A stretch of DNA of 64,000 nucleotides from Camelus dromedarius (taxonomy: Eukaryota). A model generated the notes under the pieces. It ran no database searches. It worked only from the letters and a program-made list of their open reading frames with translations, and was not told where the DNA came from. A program made the translations under genes and the position numbers. Positions 23,600 to 36,789 of the stretch are shown here, piece after piece (position 1 is the stretch's first letter; every line of letters starts with the position of its first letter). The DNA lies in assembly GCF_036321535.1 (NCBI RefSeq), contig NC_087437.1, forward strand, positions 8,866,001 through 8,930,000, in the 5' to 3' direction.

Positions 23600-25550
23600 G
23601 CCTCCTCTTTATTACAAATACTCTCTCTAAAGATACCAATAACCACCACTTTAACAAATCCCACTGACTGTTTTCATTACCACAATGTTTTATGAAAGAC
23701 TTTAATCTCTTCATATTTTGGAAACAATTTTCTTCTGATTCTTCTTCTACTTCTGTATTTTTACTTTTTCTTTAATTCTCCATTCTTCCCTCCTCTTCTG
23801 TTTGTCTTTTAAAAGCCTCTATTTTCTTGTCTAGTCTTTTTCTATTTTCGTATAATCCTTTTAATTTTTTCATTCAATTTAAGACTATCTAAACTTGAAC
23901 TCATTTTCCTGCAGACACATTCTTTCTTTTATGCAAACCCTTTACAAGCGGGAAATATGTTTTCCTTGTGCATAATTTTCTTCCCAGTTCTAGCAAGTGC
24001 CTGGCATGTGGTAAGCACACAGTAACTGGTGTAGAATGACTCAATGAATGAAAGCTCATTTTAAAGGGAAATTTCGTGTTCCTACATTCCTAACTAGATA
24101 TTTTCAGTTTCCTCCTTTGGGTTTTCTTTCACTGTCACCAGTTTAATGTTGCTCTCCAGGTCTCATCCAAGACCTTTTATTCATCTCATTCCAAACTCTT
24201 TTCCTATGTTTTCTCTTAGACAGCCATGACTGTGGCTACTGTATTTATATTGACAACTACTCATGTTTGACTCTCTTGTTAAACATTGTATGCAAAGCTC
24301 CAGACTCACACTTTCAATTTCCTACTGTGCCCCATCAGAGTCCCCTTCTAAAACAGAACGTGCCCAACTGTCTGTTCTCAATCATCCATCACAATTTACT
24401 CTTTATCTTTTACTCACTGTCCTGGATCATGCAATCACCATCCATCAACTTATCCAAGAGAGACTCTCCCTTCATTTCCCCATATAATTGAATCAGTCAC
24501 CTATGTTGCCCAATTCACAGAATTTCAAATCCAGTTGCTTTTTTACATTAAATGTTACTATATGATCAATATCCCTATTTCCACTTTCCTCATTGCAACA
24601 CTCTCCTAGCTGACCTTCCTGTCAACATTCCTTCCCATTTTAGTCCATCTTCCATATTTGCAGACTGTCTAGGTAATTATCTTCCTAAAAAACAAACATG
24701 ACTGCATGTCTTCCTTGAATACAACCTTTATTTTTTTGCTCTCATTATGCACAGGAAGACCTCACAATCTGTCTTTCCAGACTTAGCTCACAACTTCTCT
24801 CCTCCACCTTTAAATCTTTCTTATCCTCCTACAGTAAGCAATGATAGGTTCTCTTTTAATAAACCTAGTGAAATTATTTTATTTATTCCTAAACCTGCTA
24901 CCTCCTTTAATGCCCTTCTGTATATTTTAGAGAACTATATATACTTATATATTTTTTGCACATGTATATTTTTGCATATATATATTTTAGAGAAATATAT
25001 AGTTATATATATTTATATTTCCCTCTGCGTGAAATGACTTTCTGCCTCATCTCCACCTGAGGAATCATTCAGTAGCTTTTCCAAATGAATATTCAGAGCA
25101 CATCCGTCAGTTCTAATATCGAAACACAGGTATAATTCTGTTGTTACTTGAAAAACAATCTTCCTTTATTTGAGAAAGTTATTTTCTTCTGTGAAGTCTC
25201 TAGCTTCCAGAAGGTCGGAGGGTGAGGGGAAGGGGACAATGCCAAACCACACATGATCAAAAAAATCAACCCTATTAGTTAGGAGCATGGCAGATGTGGA
25301 GTCCCACCAAGCTCACACCTAACTTAGAAGCAGCTCAAATTGTATTTCTGCTCTGATTTTTTTTTGCAGGCAGGCAGGCAGTCAGCCACTTTCTGTGTGT
25401 CCTTAACATTCTGTTCATAGTTCCATTAAAGTCTTCTAGCCACTTATTGACATGTCTCCTGAAATATGAACTTCTTATGGACAAATCCCACTTGTCTTTG
25501 TATTCTTGGATATATAGTTCACTCTAGACTCATTTATTATGAGTAAATAA
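23600..25550 (+). mobile_element. Several highly diverged L2 fragments
   Basis: cctggcatgtggtaagcac...gaatgaaag, ctcctagctgaccttcctg, aaacatgactgcatgtc. Confidence 0.55.
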
Positions 25551-25607
25551 ATCTGGAAGAGAAAAAGTGAGAGTCATGTTAAAGACCTATGAATGAGAAG
25601 CCTATTC

Positions 25608-25812
25608 TTTTTTTTTCAACTGAAGTGTAATCAGTTTACTATGTTGTTTCAATTTCTGGTGTACAGCATAGTGATTCAGGCATATATATACACATACATA
25701 TACTCTTTTCAGATTCTTGGTCATTGAAGGTTACTACAAGATATTGAACATAGTTCCCCATGCTCTACAGAACAAACTTGTTGCTTATCTGTTTTATATA
25801 TTTTAGTGAGTA
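25608..25812 (-). mobile_element. Short cetartiodactyl L1 3' end
   Basis: tgaagtgtaatcagtttac...ggtgtacagcatagtgattcag...ttactacaagatattgaacatagttccc. Confidence 0.85.
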
Positions 25813-26279
25813 GAAGCCTGTTCTTGATAGTGCTCATAGTTCTCAGATCATGTATTTCTACAGGGAAGACTCTACTTGCCAAAGTAAGAATTTTTAATAA
25901 AGGGTTCTTTTCAAAGGAAGTCTTTTAAAAATATCAGCATTCCTTGGGTTCTGCCAGTTGAGATGTTAGTTTATCTGGATCAGAACTTCTTATTTAAGAG
26001 CCTTTTAATAGGCTCGTGTATGGATATTTGGCTCTTGTCAGACTCTTTCGTGGCATGAACAAGGCCACAGCTCCTGTGACCCCTGGTATATCAAGTGTTA
26101 AATGGGAAGGGGAAGGAGGACTTTGCCCAAGAATCCCAGGGTCTACTTGGAAGCACATGAATAATACTTTCTGCTTCTCTCATTTAACATAAAATCATCA
26201 TTTTATTTAAAATTCTTGCTTTGGCAGGCACTATGTAAACACTTAAATCACCCGATCATTTCCTAAAAAGTATGATATT

Positions 26280-26787
26280 GGTAACTCAACATCAAAAAAA
26301 AAACCCCAAAGAACCCCAGTTAAGAAATGGGCAGAGGAACTGAATAGACATCTTTCCAAAGAGGAAGTGCATACGGCCAACAGGCATATGAAAAGATGCT
26401 CAACATCTTAATGATCAGGAAAATGCAAATCAAAGCCACAATGAAATGTCACCTCACTCCTGTCAAAATGGATATCATCAAAAAGAACACAAATAACAAA
26501 TGTTGGTGAGAATGTGGAGTAAAGGGGACCCTTGTACACTATTCATGGGAATATAAATTGGTGCAGCCACTGTGGAGAACAGTATGGAGGTTCCTCAAAA
26601 AACTAAAAATAAAGTTGCCATATGATCCAGCAATCCCACTTCTGGGTATATATCCATAAAAATACAAAAACACTAATTTGAAAAAAAAATATGTGCACCT
26701 TGATGTTCATAGCAGCATTATTTACAATTACCAAGAGAAGATATGGAAGCAAACTAAGTGTCCATCAACAGATGAATAAAGAAGATA

Positions 26788-26831
<44 letters not shown>

Positions 26832-27320
26832 GAATACTACTCAGCCATAAAAAAGAATGAAATTTTGTTATTTGCAGTAACATGGAGGGATATGGAGGGC
26901 ATTATGCTAAGTAAAATAAGTCAGACAGGGAAAGACAAATACTGTATGATATCATTTATATGTAAAATCTCAATAATACAACAAACTAGTGAATATAAGA
27001 AAAAAGAAGCAGACTCACAAATTTTTTTACCAAGTATTTGGGAATATTGGCTATATATGTGAATGTTAACTAAATGAGATCAACCTAGTGGTTACTAGGA
27101 GAGGGAAGAGGGAGGGACAATATAGGGGTAGGGGAGTAAGAGATACAAATTATTATGTAAAAAATAAGCTACAAGGACATATTGTCCAACATGGGGAACA
27201 CAGCCAATATTTTATAATAGCTATAAATAGAGTATAACCTTTAAAAATTATAAATCAAAATATTGTACATCTATCCTATATAATGTACAATAACTGTATT
27301 TCATTTAAAAATAAAAATAT
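26280..27320 (+). mobile_element. L1 ORF2 C-terminus and 3' UTR
   Basis: Translation MFIAALFTI...LEYYSAIKKNEILLFAVTWRDMEGIMLSKISQ is the L1 ORF2 C-terminus. Ends in an A-rich tail. Confidence 0.92.
26790..26829. repeat. (AC)20 microsatellite
   Basis: Seen directly. Confidence 0.97.
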
Positions 27321-28569
27321 AAAGTTTAATATTGGCCCAAGTGCTAGCCTCTACCCTTTAGAAATATATAATCCAAGAACCTGAGAGCTACCAGGAATAG
27401 GTTTTTTATTTCAGTGTTAGGGAGATTACTTTAGTGAACTACAGAGCTCCAACCAAGATTGGTAGCAGGCATGTTTAGCACATTTTCTGGAATAACATCA
27501 CCTTAGGGAAGCAGGAAATCCGTGCTTGAGTTCCTAAGGACAAGTGTAGGTTTAAGTGTGGCTAATTCTGACAGTTCCTATAAATCCAAATGCTTGAGAA
27601 GAAGTTTTCTTTGCAAATATTGGCTGCATATGTGAGTGTTAACTAAAAGAGCTATAATTTGAAGTCCATGAGTGGCACCATGTTAGAGCTGTGTAGACAT
27701 GTGGACCTGGTATTTTCTTGTGTACAAATTTCCAAAGGACTGTGCGGCAACTGCTCCAACAATGACAGCAATAGTGCTTTCATTAGCCTTCAAGTCCTTC
27801 CACTGCTTGATGTCAGGAGAAAGGTGACTTACCTTTGGACTGGGTAAGCCTCTGGGATACCTGGATAAATTAAAGGTCTGGAGAAAATATGCCTCAGTGG
27901 AAACTGGTGAGATTCCTGCTCATAAGTCAAGCAGAATTTGAATGATTAATTAAAGATTAAAAAGATGAAATATTTGCCCTCTGCAGTTATGGTGAGGATC
28001 ATAGTAACCAGAGTACCTTGTAGAAGTACTTTTGTATACTTTGTAGATGTCCAATGGTGTGACATCTTCTAGTGAGATCATGTAGTTATAAGTACTTAGT
28101 AAGTGGAAAATACTATACACATGAAGCAAACTTCAATACATTTCTAGTAGGAATTTGGAATTTACATAATAATAATATCAATGAAAATATTATATTGGCA
28201 GTTACTCTGAGAGAAATTATTTAAAATCATTTCAATGAAGTAACCTTACCAACATTACTTCTCTGGTCTTGTACGAGGAACTAACCCAGGTGTCCCTTCC
28301 TCCAAGTCTGTAATGCATGTTTTTTATGTCTAAAATGCAAATGATACATAGTTAGAGGCAAAATATATTCCAACTAGGAGGAAAAAGTAAGACTTTTATT
28401 GTCTTTCATGACTCATTTAATCCTATTGCTCTATTTTCATTATGAATGCCTCTGAATAGTGCCAAACAGGTGAAAAGTAGAAGATTAAATTATTTTCAAT
28501 CAACCACTTGTTTGCCCACACTGTGCCAAAAAAAAATATGCCAATAAAATTTTTTTTCGCCAAGTTGAT

Positions 28570-30930
28570 TGATATTTTCACATTGTCATCTTTGCTATTT
28601 TTCTCTTTCTTGCTTTGGATTTAGTTTGCTCTTCTTTTTCTGGTTTCTTAAGGTAGAAGGTTATTTATTTGAAGTCTTTTCAAATGCAGGTGTTTAAAAT
28701 TATAGATTTCCCCTAGCATGACTTTCACACTGAATTCCATAATTTCAACAGCATACAAAAATGTTTCTATATCGTTTATTTTCCTCCCTCTTTTTACTGT
28801 TATTGTTACAAATTATATCGCTGTATAAATTATGTGGCCATCAACTTAGATTGATAAGCATTGCATGTTGTCCTTTAAATCAGATAATGAAAAAACAACA
28901 GACGTTACAAACCAAAAAGTGAATTTATACTGTATTTTATATCTACTATGTAGTGATCTTTACTGATGCTTTTATTTCTTCATATGGATTCAGGTTTCTG
29001 TCTAACACCATTTATTTCAACTTGAAGGACTTCCTCTTAGAATGTCTTACAAGGCAATTCTGTTAGTGACAAAGACTATGAGTTTTTGTTTATCTGGGAA
29101 TTTCTTAATTTCTCCTTTATTTTTTTTAAGAATAGTTTCACCAGATATAAAATCCTCGGCCGACAGTTTCAGCACTTGGAATATGTTATCCGATCTTTCT
29201 GGCTTTCACAGTTTTTTAATGTGAAATCAGCTGTTATTCTTATTGAGGATGCCTTGTATGTAATGAGTCACTTTTTTCTTATTGCTTTCAACAGTCTATC
29301 TTTGTCTTTGACTTTAACAACTTGGCTATAGTGTAATTCAGTGTGGATCTTTGAGTTTATTCTACTTAAAGTCACTGTGTTCCTTGGATGTGTACATTCA
29401 TATCTTTCATCAAAGTTGGGAAAGTTTTGACTATTATTTCTTCAAATATTCTTTCCCTTTTTTCTTTTCTCTCTTTCTAAGACTTCCAAATGTATATTTT
29501 ATGTTTTATGATATTCCACCTGACTCTGAGGCTTGTTCAGTTTTTACTTTTCTTTTCTTGTTCCTCAATTTACCTGTATTCAAGTTCACGGATTCTTTCC
29601 TCTGCCTACTCAAATCTGCTGTTGAAATGATCTAGTGAATGTTTTATTTCCACTTCATATTTCTGAATAATACCTTTCAGGTGCATAATTTCTATTTTCT
29701 TTCCTTTTTTAATTTCTATCTTTTACTTTATATTCTAATATTTTCTTTAGTCCCATAGACATGATTTCCTTTAGCTCTTTGAACATACTTTAAATAGCTG
29801 ATTTAAAGACTCTAAATCTAGTGTTAGTGCTTTCTCAGGGACAATTTCTATGATTTTTTTTTTCTGGGAATAAACCATACTTTCTTATTTTTTTTTTGCA
29901 TACCTCATAATTTTTTAATTGAAAACTATACATTTCAAATATAACATGACGCCTCTGTAAAAAAAGATCCTCCTCCTTCCTCAGGGTTGTTGTGGTTGTT
30001 TCTGTTGTAGGTTTTCTTATTTGTTTAGTGACTTTTCTAAACATATTCTGTCAAATCTGTATCATTGTCTTATGTGGTTACTAAAGCCTTCACTCAGTGT
30101 GCTTAGTGTTCAGCTAATGATTTAACAGAGATTCTTTAAATGCTTGGGACCAATAATTCTCACAGTCTTTTAGGCAGGGCTTTGTGTGTGAGACATGCCT
30201 TTAACATTGAGGCAGGGAGTTTACAACTCTGCCTGAGCCTTTGCTCCTTTTCTCAACACTTCAAGGAGGGGAGAGGTGAGCACTTAGGGCCTTCTTAGGT
30301 CTTTCCTGAGCAAATATTCAGCTGTCCAGAGCCCTGAGCACCCATGTGGCTCTCCAGACTCTAGACTATGAAAGAGCTTTTGTAAGCCCCTATGGATATC
30401 TCATTCCTCAACTTTTTCTTTTAAGCCTTTGATCAGTCTATTTTTTGCCTCAACTGTTATCCATCACTTCAGGTAGCTCTGATGTTAAAACAGTTGACCA
30501 AGTTCTCCTCACCCTTCACTCCACCCTCCAGGGAAAGGTGTTTAGCATAAGTCAGTTTTAATGAGGTCAAATAAAGACATCATTTGAGTGGGGCCTTTCA
30601 GTTAACCACTAGACAGATCAAATATTGGTAGTTCTTGGGTAATGAGATCCATTCGTCTCTCTACAGTACTGGCAACACAAGTTGTTATTTTTCAATCTAC
30701 CACTAATTTGGGTCATAGGGGATGGACTAGAGCAAATTAAAACACAACAAAACTTGCTGTTCTTGCCTATAGTCAGCTGTTTTTCTTGGCTAAATGCTCC
30801 CCAGTTTGCTACAATCCTTTGATTAATTTCCAGGGTTTTGAAAAAGTTGATTCTGACAATTTTTTTCCAGTTTTATTTTTGTTGATTTTTATGGAGGGAC
30901 AGACTTTCAGAAGTACTTAGGTCACAATTA
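28570..30930 (-). mobile_element. Old L1 (L1MC/MD-type) 5' UTR, ORF1 and inter-ORF remnant
   Basis: ttttgtttatctgggaatttcttaatttctcc, gtgaaatcagctgttattcttattgaggat, aaaatagctgatttaaag, aaagttgattctgacaat are antisense L1 ORF1/5' motifs. Confidence 0.8.
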
Positions 30931-31019
30931 AAAAAAAATTATAGTGATGTAGAGCTCAGGTAGACATATAAAATGAGATTTCAATAACTTGATCTCTAAC
31001 TTAAAATAATTATATCTTA

Positions 31020-31890
31020 TTTGAACATTTATGGGATTAGCAATGGGCTAGAGGATTTGATTGGATTTAATCTTTTTAACACCTGAAAGGGCTTGGTACA
31101 TGATTCACTCTCATTTTTATAGGTAAATAAATTGAGAGAGAAAAAGAAAGAGACAATGAATTAATTCACCTAGGAGCCAAATCTACTGGCTAACTCAAGA
31201 TTCATTGCCTTTCTTAAGTATGATAGGTTACCTTTCAAAAATTAAAGCCTGAGGTAACAAAAGGTCCTCAACTGGGTGAACAACTAACTCCTTGTTATGG
31301 TTGTTGTAGAGAACAGTTTTGCATCACATGACCAGTAGGTTGAGATGATCTTGAGCATTTACTGTGTAAAACACTTTACCTATAATGTCATGTTAGACTT
31401 CAAAACAATTTTGAGATGCTTCCATTTATACTTTTATAATGGGAAAAGTGATACTTAGAAAGTGTACTTGCCCAAAATCAGTAGCATTGATGAAATTTAA
31501 TCCTGATTAACTAAAAAAACTCATCCTCTTCATCTCAAACTATCATCTTTAGTGATGCATCTGGAAACCACAAACATATCAGATGATTTTCTCACATGGT
31601 AACCTATTACTTTTCTGGAAACAATTGAGGAAATTTAATGTATGGAAATTATAATCTTATATTAACAGTAACTATTATTCATTTGGCATCTACTACATGC
31701 TACTTTCTTGCCACGAATTATCTCAAATCCTCATATCAACCTAGTAAGGTGGGTATCTTGATTCCTTTTTAATATAAAATCTAAAGATCAGTAAATGAAA
31801 GTATTGCCTAAAGTCACACAGTTAATAAATGGCTGTGCTGAAAAATCAATTACAATCTTATCTGATCCCAGTGTTCAAGCTTTTTCCATT
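31020..31890 (-). mobile_element. Cluster of three diverged MIR fragments
   Basis: ctcatttttataggtaaataaattgag; ccattttatac...gaaaagtgatacttagaa; ttgcctaaagtcacacagttaataaatggc. Confidence 0.6.
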
Positions 31891-34392
31891 GTGCACAATT
31901 GCTTAGTACTTTGTAGACAAAGCACTTGGGAGATACTGTGAGTGAAAAATTGGCATCAGTGGCATGCAATGGCAAGGAACCACACTCATGCTAAGACTTA
32001 ACTGAATAATCATCAGATTTCTTTTGAGAATAATTGTTCTCTATTTCGGAGGCTCAACATGGAGAATTTCAAGCTTAACACAGATGGAAACTTATATCCC
32101 ATTAAGAATACATCTTCTCAGATGCCAAAATTCCACAGATATGATCCAAAATGTGCTAATCAGTTCTTCTCTTTTTAGAACCTAAAGAAAAGCAGAATTA
32201 AAACAAACAAGAAACCCCTATATTTCCTTCACAGACCCACTGGTGCAATTCTCAAAAGTGGGTTCTGTTATAATGACTCCCCCCTAATATTCGGCTAGGT
32301 TCTTGGGATGCAGAGGAGAAAACCCAATCCCCAAACTCAAGGCATTCCCTTTTTTTAATCAACAAGCATAGAATATTGCATCTTTTCTGTAAAATAGTCA
32401 CATATGTCAGATATGGACAAAAGGACAGGATGGCACTCTCCCTTTGTTTTGCATCAATGAGTCACAGCTCATGACTTTAAATCTCAGCTACATCCATGCA
32501 GCTGAACAAACAGATGAAAAAGGATCCATGGGTTCATGAGAATTCAGTGTATTATCATAATGATAGCTGTTATTCAATGCGTGATTATGCTGTGTAAGAC
32601 AAAACCTTAATTTTACCCATATTACCTTCTATTATGGAGGGTTCAGCATTGTATTTGCTTTTAGGATTAGGAAATTAAAGCCAGAATTAGTTAAGCAGCA
32701 TACATCAGATGATATAGCAAATGGACATTAAGGATGGGATTGGAACTCAAGGATTTTAACACCAGAGCTCTCTTGGGACCACTGCGTCATGGAGTTTGAC
32801 ATACAAAACCAACGGGAGGCGAGGTGGAGGGCGGGCACTGTTTACTATTCAATGAAATGATGAGGTGTTGAGCATCAGCAAAGTATAACTCCAATGTGAT
32901 TAAGGGCATAATGAAAATAAGTTACAAAATGGGATATTTGGAAGACTATTAGACACCTGTGTGATGAAAAATAGTTGATATCTTTAAAATAAAATGTATT
33001 TAAAATCAATAATAAAATCATGGACCTTACATATTAGACTAAGGCAAGAAACAAAAGAAGTGGCCCTTTAGTTTAAGACAATAGGTTTAGATCCTCAGGA
33101 AACTAAAAGAATGCAACTCAAAGTCTCAATGAAATGCCAGTCTAGCCTATACAATTAGCAAAGTTTAAAAAAAAAAATTAAATGATTTGCAGTTTTGGAG
33201 AGTGCATGCAAAAATGACACATCCATACGTATGTCATAGTTCTATTAAACTTCTGCAAAAATGTAAGGTACACAGAAATTGTCTACCTTAAATGTCTACA
33301 TTAAATGAAAATTTGTAATGTCAACATGACTAGTGGTATAATTAAAACAGGTTATAAAAGTAGACATTTGGTTGAAACCAAGAGTCCGCGATAAGTCTTG
33401 AAATTACAGAGATTTAAAAAAAAAAAAAAAACACTGTTCTTCCCCCCAAAAAACTTGTGGAATATATTCCCTAAGATCTTAGATATGCTTTTAATGCCCG
33501 CATATTTTCAAAATTTATGTATATAAAAATTTTTCATAGAATATGGTACTATGTTCTATAAGCTTTAAAATATAGGTTTTCACCAAGTATAAGTGACCTG
33601 GCTCCTGAGACTGGAGCTGTTCTACACTGTTTAGTTTTATAGAGTTAAGTATGAAGGCACATAGAACAAATTTGAGTTGAGTAGTGTATGTTGTCCCATT
33701 TTTTTCAAATGTTGTTTTATGGTAAAAGCAGTAATTACATTACTATTGTGAGATGAAAGTCTAATTGAACCCTCAATATGACTTAGAATGAAAAAAAAAA
33801 AAAAACTTCTTAAATGTCCATTAAATCATTCAAATGTACTACATGTAGGTTCAAACATTATTTAGAAGAGGCTGTGTTATTCTCTCTGTTCAGATATTAA
33901 ATCCCTTAATTTGCATGTATTCCCTTTCTTACAATAGCAGAACACTTAGACACTTTCTAAAGTGCTTTAATGCATGTTTTCCCATTTGACTGTCACATTA
34001 TGTAAAAAAAAAAAAAACAAAAAGGTACTATAATCGCTCCTTTTTTAAATGCTAGGAGACTGAGACACGGTGACTTTGTATGCTGTATGTTAAGTCTTGC
34101 AGAATATCGGTGACAGGGCCTCACAAAGTGCTGTGTAGGTATTTTTGCTTTTATCTGATGTTTTTTCCCTTTCTTCCAGGGTCATTGAAGTGTAGGTTTA
34201 GAAAGGTACTCTTTATTCATTTGTACATTCATTTCATAAATAACGTGTTAAAAATTCTATGAAACCAGTCAACTTCTCCTTTTCTTTCATTCTTGACAAA
34301 GTTGCTCCTCTGGCTAAGTGTCTGTCATCGCATGTCTTACCCTCAACCCTGAATCTGGAGGAAAAATAGAACACACTATACACCTCTTAGCA

Positions 34393-34665
34393 TAGCATCA
34401 TTCAAAAGGAATGTAATGTTATATAATTTAAATCTTAAAAAAAATAAATACATAGGTAAAACTTGTATTTATTTATCCCAATTTATCCAAAAGATAATTG
34501 GAACTTATAATCAATATAGAAATTATTCATGAGTTGTTTTACATTTTTTTGTACTGTCTTTGATATTACACATGCATTTTAGACTTTTAACACATCTCAG
34601 TTTGAACTTGCCACATTTCAAGTGCTCAGTTGCTAAATGATTATACGGTACATTGAGAGCAACTG
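34393..34665. mobile_element. MER33 (non-autonomous Charlie5 derivative)
   Basis: tttatcccaatttatccaaaa...aatcaatatagaaattattcatgag...cacatctcagtttgaacttgccacatttcaagtgctca. Confidence 0.8.
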
Positions 34666-35256
34666 GGACTTCTGATTGTCTATTTTGACTCTTAAATAAA
34701 TAAAATTTGAAATATTTCCAGACTTTAAATGGACTCTGGGGAATGTGTCTGCTTGCAGAGTTACCATCGAAGCTCTGCTGGTTAACCTTTATTCTCATGA
34801 TCTGTGCATAATTCATGAACTGAAATATAAACTTCTTTTAACGGACTTTTTGTGATTTCTTAGGTCTTCACTTTATTCTGACTTTCTTTGTCCTTTTTTT
34901 CCAATAAGATCTTTGCCATTTCCACAAGGATCAGCCTTAGGACAGGAGAGTAAATCACATCTCTTGAGTGCAAAGAAAATTTCCTCTTCCAAAAGAATCC
35001 CATTTCCCGATTAACACAGAAATCTAGTTTCTTTTATTTATATTATTTGATTCAGCTAGTGGCATCTATTATAGACAAACTCCAAAATTTCAGTTGTTAA
35101 ACCCAAAACCTACTTTTCTCTCAGATAATAAGCTAAATACTGGTTACTTTTCAGCAAGGGCCCCGGGGAAGGGGTGGTGTCACTTCCATTCCACAAAGTC
35201 ATCCAGATAAAAGCAGACAAAGGTCCTGCCTTCTTGAACAGATAATTTCCAAGATA

Positions 35257-35664
35257 CAGGCATACCTCTTGTTATTGTGTTTTGCTTGGTGATGCTTCAC
35301 AGATATTTGTGTATTTTGCCAGTTGAAAGTTTGTGGCCCCCTGTGTTGAGCAAATCCCTGGGCGCCATTGTCCCAACAGCATTTGCTCATTTTGGGTCTC
35401 TGTGTCACATTTTGGCATTTATCACAATATTTCAAACATTTTCATTAGCATTATATTTGGTATGGTGATCTGTGATGTTACTCTTGTAATACTGGGGGGC
35501 ACCATGACTGTGCCCAGATAAGAGGGTGAACTTCATCGTAAATCCTGTGTGTGTTCTGACTGCTCCACTGACCTACCATGTCTCCTTCTCTTTCTCTGTC
35601 CTCAAGCCTCCCTATTCACGAAGACACAGCAATACTGAAATTAGACAAAATAATAACCCTACAA
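35257..35664 (+). mobile_element. Tigger1 5' end (TcMar), truncated before the transposase ORF
   Basis: TA + caggcatacctc left TIR; ggtctctgtgtcacattttgg; ends at aataaccctacaa. Confidence 0.9.
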
Positions 35665-36736
35665 GACAATGAAAGGATGCTTACACGTGTCAAGGTATCG
35701 CTAGTATTCTCCAGTTTTGTGTAGTGTTTTCCAATTTTGTGATATGTGTGAAGTCTAAAAAATCTTCTTTGAGAAGCTTTAAATACTTATTAATAAGTAG
35801 TTTTTATTTGAAAATACATTGGGTGAAATTATTCATCCACTTTACCACCAATTCTGTTTTAGTTAACTAAATAGGATCCTCTAATAAAGTCCTCTTTTCA
35901 AAGCTGTCCCCAACTCTCTGTTTTGTGAAAGCCACTAGTTAAGAGTGACATCTTGCCAAGTAGACTGATGTTAAGTCAAACACCATTGTAAAAGCAAAAG
36001 GAAACTATGCTTTAGGCACATCTGGCAACATGTCCATTTGTCCATGAGAAAGGCGTGAATAAGATTATGTCTCAAATAAATTATCCACTGATTATGACAA
36101 TTAACTAGCTGTCAGGGGTATTTAAATTATCTAATTATCTGCAAAAATTGTGGACCAGGTGTTCCCTACGTCCAAATTTCCTTAATGTTACATTTTATTA
36201 ACAAATTGCTTCATTTTGAAGAACATTCTACCTTAAGGTACCCAGACTCGATCAAACTATTTTCTTTCTTTTTTTCATAATTAAGAAGCCCAATTTACAA
36301 ATGAAGCCATCTGCATAATGCATAAAGAATGTGTGTGGCTTCAAACTCATTTGTCCACATCACAGCCATTGTTTGTCCTGGCCCCACTGCTTTCTATGCA
36401 TGCAGATGTTACATTGTGCACCCTTGATCATCTGTTTATAATGCAAAATGACAGGCCGACTCGATTTTATCTAGCAGAAGTAACTCAGGCAGCCACAGTG
36501 GCAAATTTGACCCAGAAGGTTTTGAGAGATGTTTTGAAGCGAAACCTGTGGACGAATTTGTATGCATTTTCTCATTTCTCTGTATGAGCGTGTATGTATG
36601 TGTTCATTGCACAGTGGTTTTCAAAAACTGGAGATTTTCCTTCTTAAGCTCCAAAGAGAAGTAATTTTCCCCATAAGTCAGAAGAGTGTAACTAACGCCG
36701 CTTTCCCTTTTGGTGTTGCCTCCCACTGTAAAATAG

Positions 36737-36789
36737 CTGTGAGCGTCGTGCTCAGAACTTCGGGTACCCGATTTCGCAAGCGTAAAGAA
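36737..36789 (+). other. Candidate exon B (53 nt)
   Basis: Branch point ACTAAC at 36691-36696, AG-free pyrimidine-rich run to the AG at 36735-36736, donor GAA|GTAAGT. Local CpG cluster in AT-rich DNA; only one frame is open (AVSVVLRTSGTRFRKRKE). Confidence 0.6.

Noticed and set aside
26691..27062. 123-aa ORF with a His-Thr repeat
   Set aside because: L1 ORF2 C-terminal remnant read through an (AC)n microsatellite.
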